The translations under genes and the position numbers were made by a program. 48,634 bases of DNA from a virus (taxonomy: Duplodnaviria; Caudoviricetes): the IMG/VR virus record IMGVR_UViG_3300035548_000645, positions 1-48,634 of that record; one strand, 5' to 3'. Shown here piece by piece: positions 45,708 through 48,634 of the stretch (positions are counted from its first letter, which is position 1; each line of letters opens with the position of its first letter). Under the pieces are notes generated by a model that saw nothing but the letters and a program-made list of their open reading frames with translations, was not told the DNA's origin and did no database searches.

Positions 45708-45752
45708 CTAATACAAGAGACTGCCGCTACAGGAGGGTCGGCGCTCACTGGT
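45708..45752. other. attR, core CA at 45730-45731
   Basis: Left arm is an imperfect inverted repeat of 1891-1909; the right side resumes the host gene. Confidence 0.85.
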
Positions 45753-45813
45753 GCTGCACGTCAAACACATGACCGACGAAACCAACTTCATCGACAAGGA
45801 GACACAACGATGA
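45730..45813 (+). pseudogene. 3' part of the split Bbp19-like gene (QEGRRSLVLHVKHMTDETNFIDKETQR*)
   Basis: EGRR.LVL motif typical of the family; its stop overlaps the scaffold start (ATGA). Confidence 0.85.
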
Positions 45814-46667
45814 CCAAGAAGACCAAGAAAATCGAAAATATGGAAGAGAACTGGCTGGCGACCCTGCCCGAGGACATGACCGTGGCCCAGGTGGGCGAGG
45901 ACGGCAAGACCGTGGAGATTCCCCTGCGCGACCACCCCTCGCTCAGGGACTACAAGTCCAAGGACGAGGCCGTGAAGGCGCTGGTCCACGCCCAGAAGCT
46001 GCTGGGCAAGACCCCGGAGGGATACGTCCAGGTGCCGGGCGCGGACGCGGACCCGGATCAGGTGAACGCGTTCCACGCCGCTATGGGTCGCCCCGACGTT
46101 CCTGAAGGGTACGAACTCCCGGAGATCGACCTCCCGGATGGGTTCGAGTTGCAAGAGGCCATGATCGAGGGGTTCCGTGCCAAGGCGCATGAGCTGGGCC
46201 TGACGCCCGGCCAGGTGTCCGGCCTGTTCGAGTGGTTTTTGCCCGTGGTCCTTGATTCCCACCACGCGCTGGAGGCCGAGGCCCGCAGGCTCAAGGACAC
46301 CGAGCTGGAGTCCCTGCGCTCCGTGCACCGGGGCGACACGCCCATCATGCTGGACAACGCCCTGCGCGCGGCCGAGGCCGTGGGCGGCACCGAGCTGCTG
46401 GAGGCCCTGAACGCCACGGGCGCGGGCAACCGGGCCGCAGTGATCAGCGCCTTTGCCAAGATCGCGCCCCTGGTCCTGGAGTCCGGCCTGCGCGGCTCGG
46501 CCCGGGGCTGGGGCGAGGAGCTGTCCAAGGAAAAGCTCATGGAGATGATGCGCGACCCGCGCTACGCCGATCCGGCCCAGCGCGACGACGGCTTCGTGAA
46601 CAAGGTCCGCGAGGGTTTCAAGATCCTCTATCCCGGCGAATACATCCCCGGCAGCCGCACGGTCTAG
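45810..46667 (+). CDS. Capsid scaffolding/assembly protein of the T7/BPP-1-like element
   Basis: WLATLPED, KALVHAQKLLG, MGRPD.PEGYEL, AHELGLTP.Q; follows portal and Bbp19-like gene. Confidence 0.75.
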   Translation: MTKKTKKIENMEENWLATLPEDMTVAQVGEDGKTVEIPLRDHPSLRDYKSKDEAVKALVHAQKLLGKTPEGYVQVPGADADPDQVNAFHAAMGRPDVPEGYELPEIDLPDGFELQEAMIEGFRAKAHELGLTPGQVSGLFEWFLPVVLDSHHALEAEARRLKDTELESLRSVHRGDTPIMLDNALRAAEAVGGTELLEALNATGAGNRAAVISAFAKIAPLVLESGLRGSARGWGEELSKEKLMEMMRDPRYADPAQRDDGFVNKVREGFKILYPGEYIPGSRTV

Positions 46668-46682
46668 GCTGTCCGTAAAAAC

Positions 46683-46710
46683 GGGCCGGGGAGGTGACAT
46701 TCCCCGGCCC
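46683..46710. terminator. GC-rich 10-bp hairpin
   Basis: GGGCCGGGGA/TCCCCGGCCC; U tract only on the minus strand. Confidence 0.5.
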
Positions 46711-46730
46711 CAAAATAAAGGATAATTTAT

Positions 46731-47885
46731 ATGTTAGGAATGTTGAATACTGACAATTACACCTCTTTGCATTACAATCCGAAAACCGGCGTCAACAGCC
46801 GGGAGTGGATACGCTACGCGGACAACACGTTCGAGCCGGTGCGCCGGTTCGGGAGCGTGAACCGGAAGTCCCGCAACAAGCCCGGCGCGCCCGACTGGTG
46901 GGTCACCGAGCGCCCCCTGGACTGGGACCCGCGCGACAACGGTCACCATGTCACGCTGAACCACGACTACGGCGGAAAGGCCAAACCGGCCTACGACAAG
47001 GATATGGAGAACATGCCGCCGCGATACACCAAGCTGCCGTATTACGAGACCGACGGGTTCCGTTTTGCCCAGCCGGTCTCCGACTCCGGAGGCGGCTCGG
47101 AAGGGTCGGACGGCTCCGAAGGCGGGAGCAAGGACGAAAGCCCTTCCGGGGACGGCCTCGATGAGGAAAAGGGAAAGACCCCCAAAGGCGGCGGCTCGAC
47201 CCTGACCCAGGGCAGCGAAGGCTTCTGGGAGATGCGGGCGCGGGAGAAGGCTGCGGAACAGGAGAGTGCTTCGGGGGACAGTGATCCCCGGCCCCATGTG
47301 TTCCGGGGAAAAGTCGGCCCCTCGCAAAAGGGGAGCATGCTGGATCCCTACGGCAACCAGCCAGAATGGTGGCAGTTGGCCCAATCCTCACGGGCATCGG
47401 GCCACAAGGGCGACGGCAACCTGGTGTTTGCGGACAACTCGAACTACAAGGGTGAGAGGTCAAGGGGAGAGTATGCCGGACATAAGGTCCGTAACGGCAA
47501 AGCCACCCACGGAACTGACAGCTCGAACAATCAGATGGTTCAAAAAGAGCTGGTTGATGTCGTGAACCACATGCTCGGCAAAGATGGCGTGCCGGGTCTG
47601 AAAAGCATCAACATAAACAGCACGAACAGCGGCACACACAGTGAGAACAGCCGCCATTACAAAGGCGGTGCCATTGATATCAATCGGATAAATGATGCTT
47701 CGGTCACCAGGGCCGATAGGGATTTGGTGAAGAAAATAAACCAATGGCTGATCGACAATGGCTATGGAGCCGATAACGGATGGGAAAACCTGAACCCGAA
47801 AACCGATCCGGAAGACCATTCCAACCATTTTCACTTGGGGATGCCCCGAGAACGGTTGAACAAACAATGGAAAAGATACAAATGA
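46731..47885 (+). CDS. Protein with C-terminal M15/Hedgehog-type Zn peptidase domain (putative peptidoglycan hydrolase effector)
   Basis: SRHYKGGAIDI (H-x6-D) and HSNHFH (H-x-H); Ser/Gly/Glu linker; no signal peptide. Confidence 0.7.
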   Translation: MLGMLNTDNYTSLHYNPKTGVNSREWIRYADNTFEPVRRFGSVNRKSRNKPGAPDWWVTERPLDWDPRDNGHHVTLNHDYGGKAKPAYDKDMENMPPRYTKLPYYETDGFRFAQPVSDSGGGSEGSDGSEGGSKDESPSGDGLDEEKGKTPKGGGSTLTQGSEGFWEMRAREKAAEQESASGDSDPRPHVFRGKVGPSQKGSMLDPYGNQPEWWQLAQSSRASGHKGDGNLVFADNSNYKGERSRGEYAGHKVRNGKATHGTDSSNNQMVQKELVDVVNHMLGKDGVPGLKSININSTNSGTHSENSRHYKGGAIDINRINDASVTRADRDLVKKINQWLIDNGYGADNGWENLNPKTDPEDHSNHFHLGMPRERLNKQWKRYK

Positions 47886-48634
47886 CCAAATTGACACTCG
47901 TCTGTCTTTGGATGCTGATTCTCAGCGCACCGGCCATGGCCGGTGCGCTGACCGTGGAAGAGATCAAGGACCCGGAGGCTGTGGGCTTCCTTTGCGGCCT
48001 GGACGACTATCGCTATTTTATCAATGATTACCACTACGATGTCAGTTTTCGTTGTCTGTTGTCCCGAGAAGCGGACCCGGCACATCGGGGGGGCGTTTTC
48101 TGTCAAAACGAGAAGCCGTATGTGTTCATACGCTGCCAGGGAAAGAAGGCAGTCTTTCCATTGCCGAGGGCCTGCCGCTGGCTCTATGGCCGCAATCAAT
48201 ACGGTGCCGGAGAAGCGGAGCCGACTCCTGGAGAAACAACCTTCACGCTGGAGAAACACGGATACGGCGAGGGCGCGGAGGCTCCCGTAAAGCCGTCGGA
48301 GATAGTGTATAAGATTGATGCGAGGGGACCGGAAATTATTCTAATTTCTCAGGAGTATTATGATATTTCCCATCCGGAGTTGGAGACGCCTGAGATACCA
48401 GTCACGCCTACTTTCAACGAGTACATTTGTGCCTTTGAAAATGCGTTGCTGGAGCATGCTTATGTTGATGAAAGCCATACCATTCGACTCATAGTCGGAA
48501 ATTTTAATTTGCCGAGCCTGATTGTCAGGCATCACGAATCCAATTGGCACAGCCTCATCGTCGCCATCAGCGAAAATGAAGCACCGTACCGCAAGAAGGC
48601 GTTCCTGATTCGGGAGGGGGCATCGTTCTGGCTT
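47882..48634 (+). CDS. Signal-peptide protein, candidate immunity protein (runs off the window)
   Basis: ATGA overlap with the peptidase stop; MTKLTLVCLWMLILSAPAMA-GALTV...; frame open for 251 codons to the end; absent from the ORF track. Confidence 0.7.
   Translation, partial: MTKLTLVCLWMLILSAPAMAGALTVEEIKDPEAVGFLCGLDDYRYFINDYHYDVSFRCLLSREADPAHRGGVFCQNEKPYVFIRCQGKKAVFPLPRACRWLYGRNQYGAGEAEPTPGETTFTLEKHGYGEGAEAPVKPSEIVYKIDARGPEIILISQEYYDISHPELETPEIPVTPTFNEYICAFENALLEHAYVDESHTIRLIVGNFNLPSLIVRHHESNWHSLIVAISENEAPYRKKAFLIREGASFWL

Larger units (their letters stand above)
1889..45731. mobile_element. Apparently complete lambda-like temperate siphophage prophage (about 43.8 kb) integrated by a serine integrase
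   Basis: Integrase at the left end, attL/attR pair, and complete switch, replication, packaging, head, tail and lysis modules. Confidence 0.93.

Noticed and set aside
45332-45748. Protein-coding ORFs between helicase and attR
   Set aside because: No RBS or motifs, one crosses attR, and the region is better explained by cos, terminator and att signals
1-48634. tRNA, rRNA or IS elements
   Set aside because: None recognised by eye; a covariance-model scan would be needed to exclude them

Overview
GC-rich bacterial window; gene content and style suggest Desulfovibrionaceae, but that is an unverified inference. Most of it (1889-45731, about 43.8 kb) is an apparently complete lambda-like temperate siphophage. 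It has a large serine integrase, early/accessory genes, a CI/Cro/CII-type switch, tail, lysis and lambda-type head genes, a GpA terminase, a P4-type primase module with a candidate origin, and a cos-like site. The phage integrated at a 2-bp CA core inside a small head-assembly gene of a second, T7/BPP-1-like element (portal - Bbp19-like gene - scaffold). Excision would rebuild that 75-aa gene in frame. Next to the integrase is a 4.1-kb island bounded by about 193-bp direct repeats. It holds a strong operator-covered promoter driving small unknown genes and an Aca-like HTH gene, then a solitary type I-C CRISPR-repeat-like unit with its own terminator (candidate protein plus RNA anti-CRISPR locus). 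A divergent gene may encode a cyclic-nucleotide sponge. At the right end, the T7-like cluster continues into an M15-type peptidase gene coupled to a signal-peptide protein, resembling a toxin/immunity pair. All family calls come from motif recognition by eye; no database search was run.
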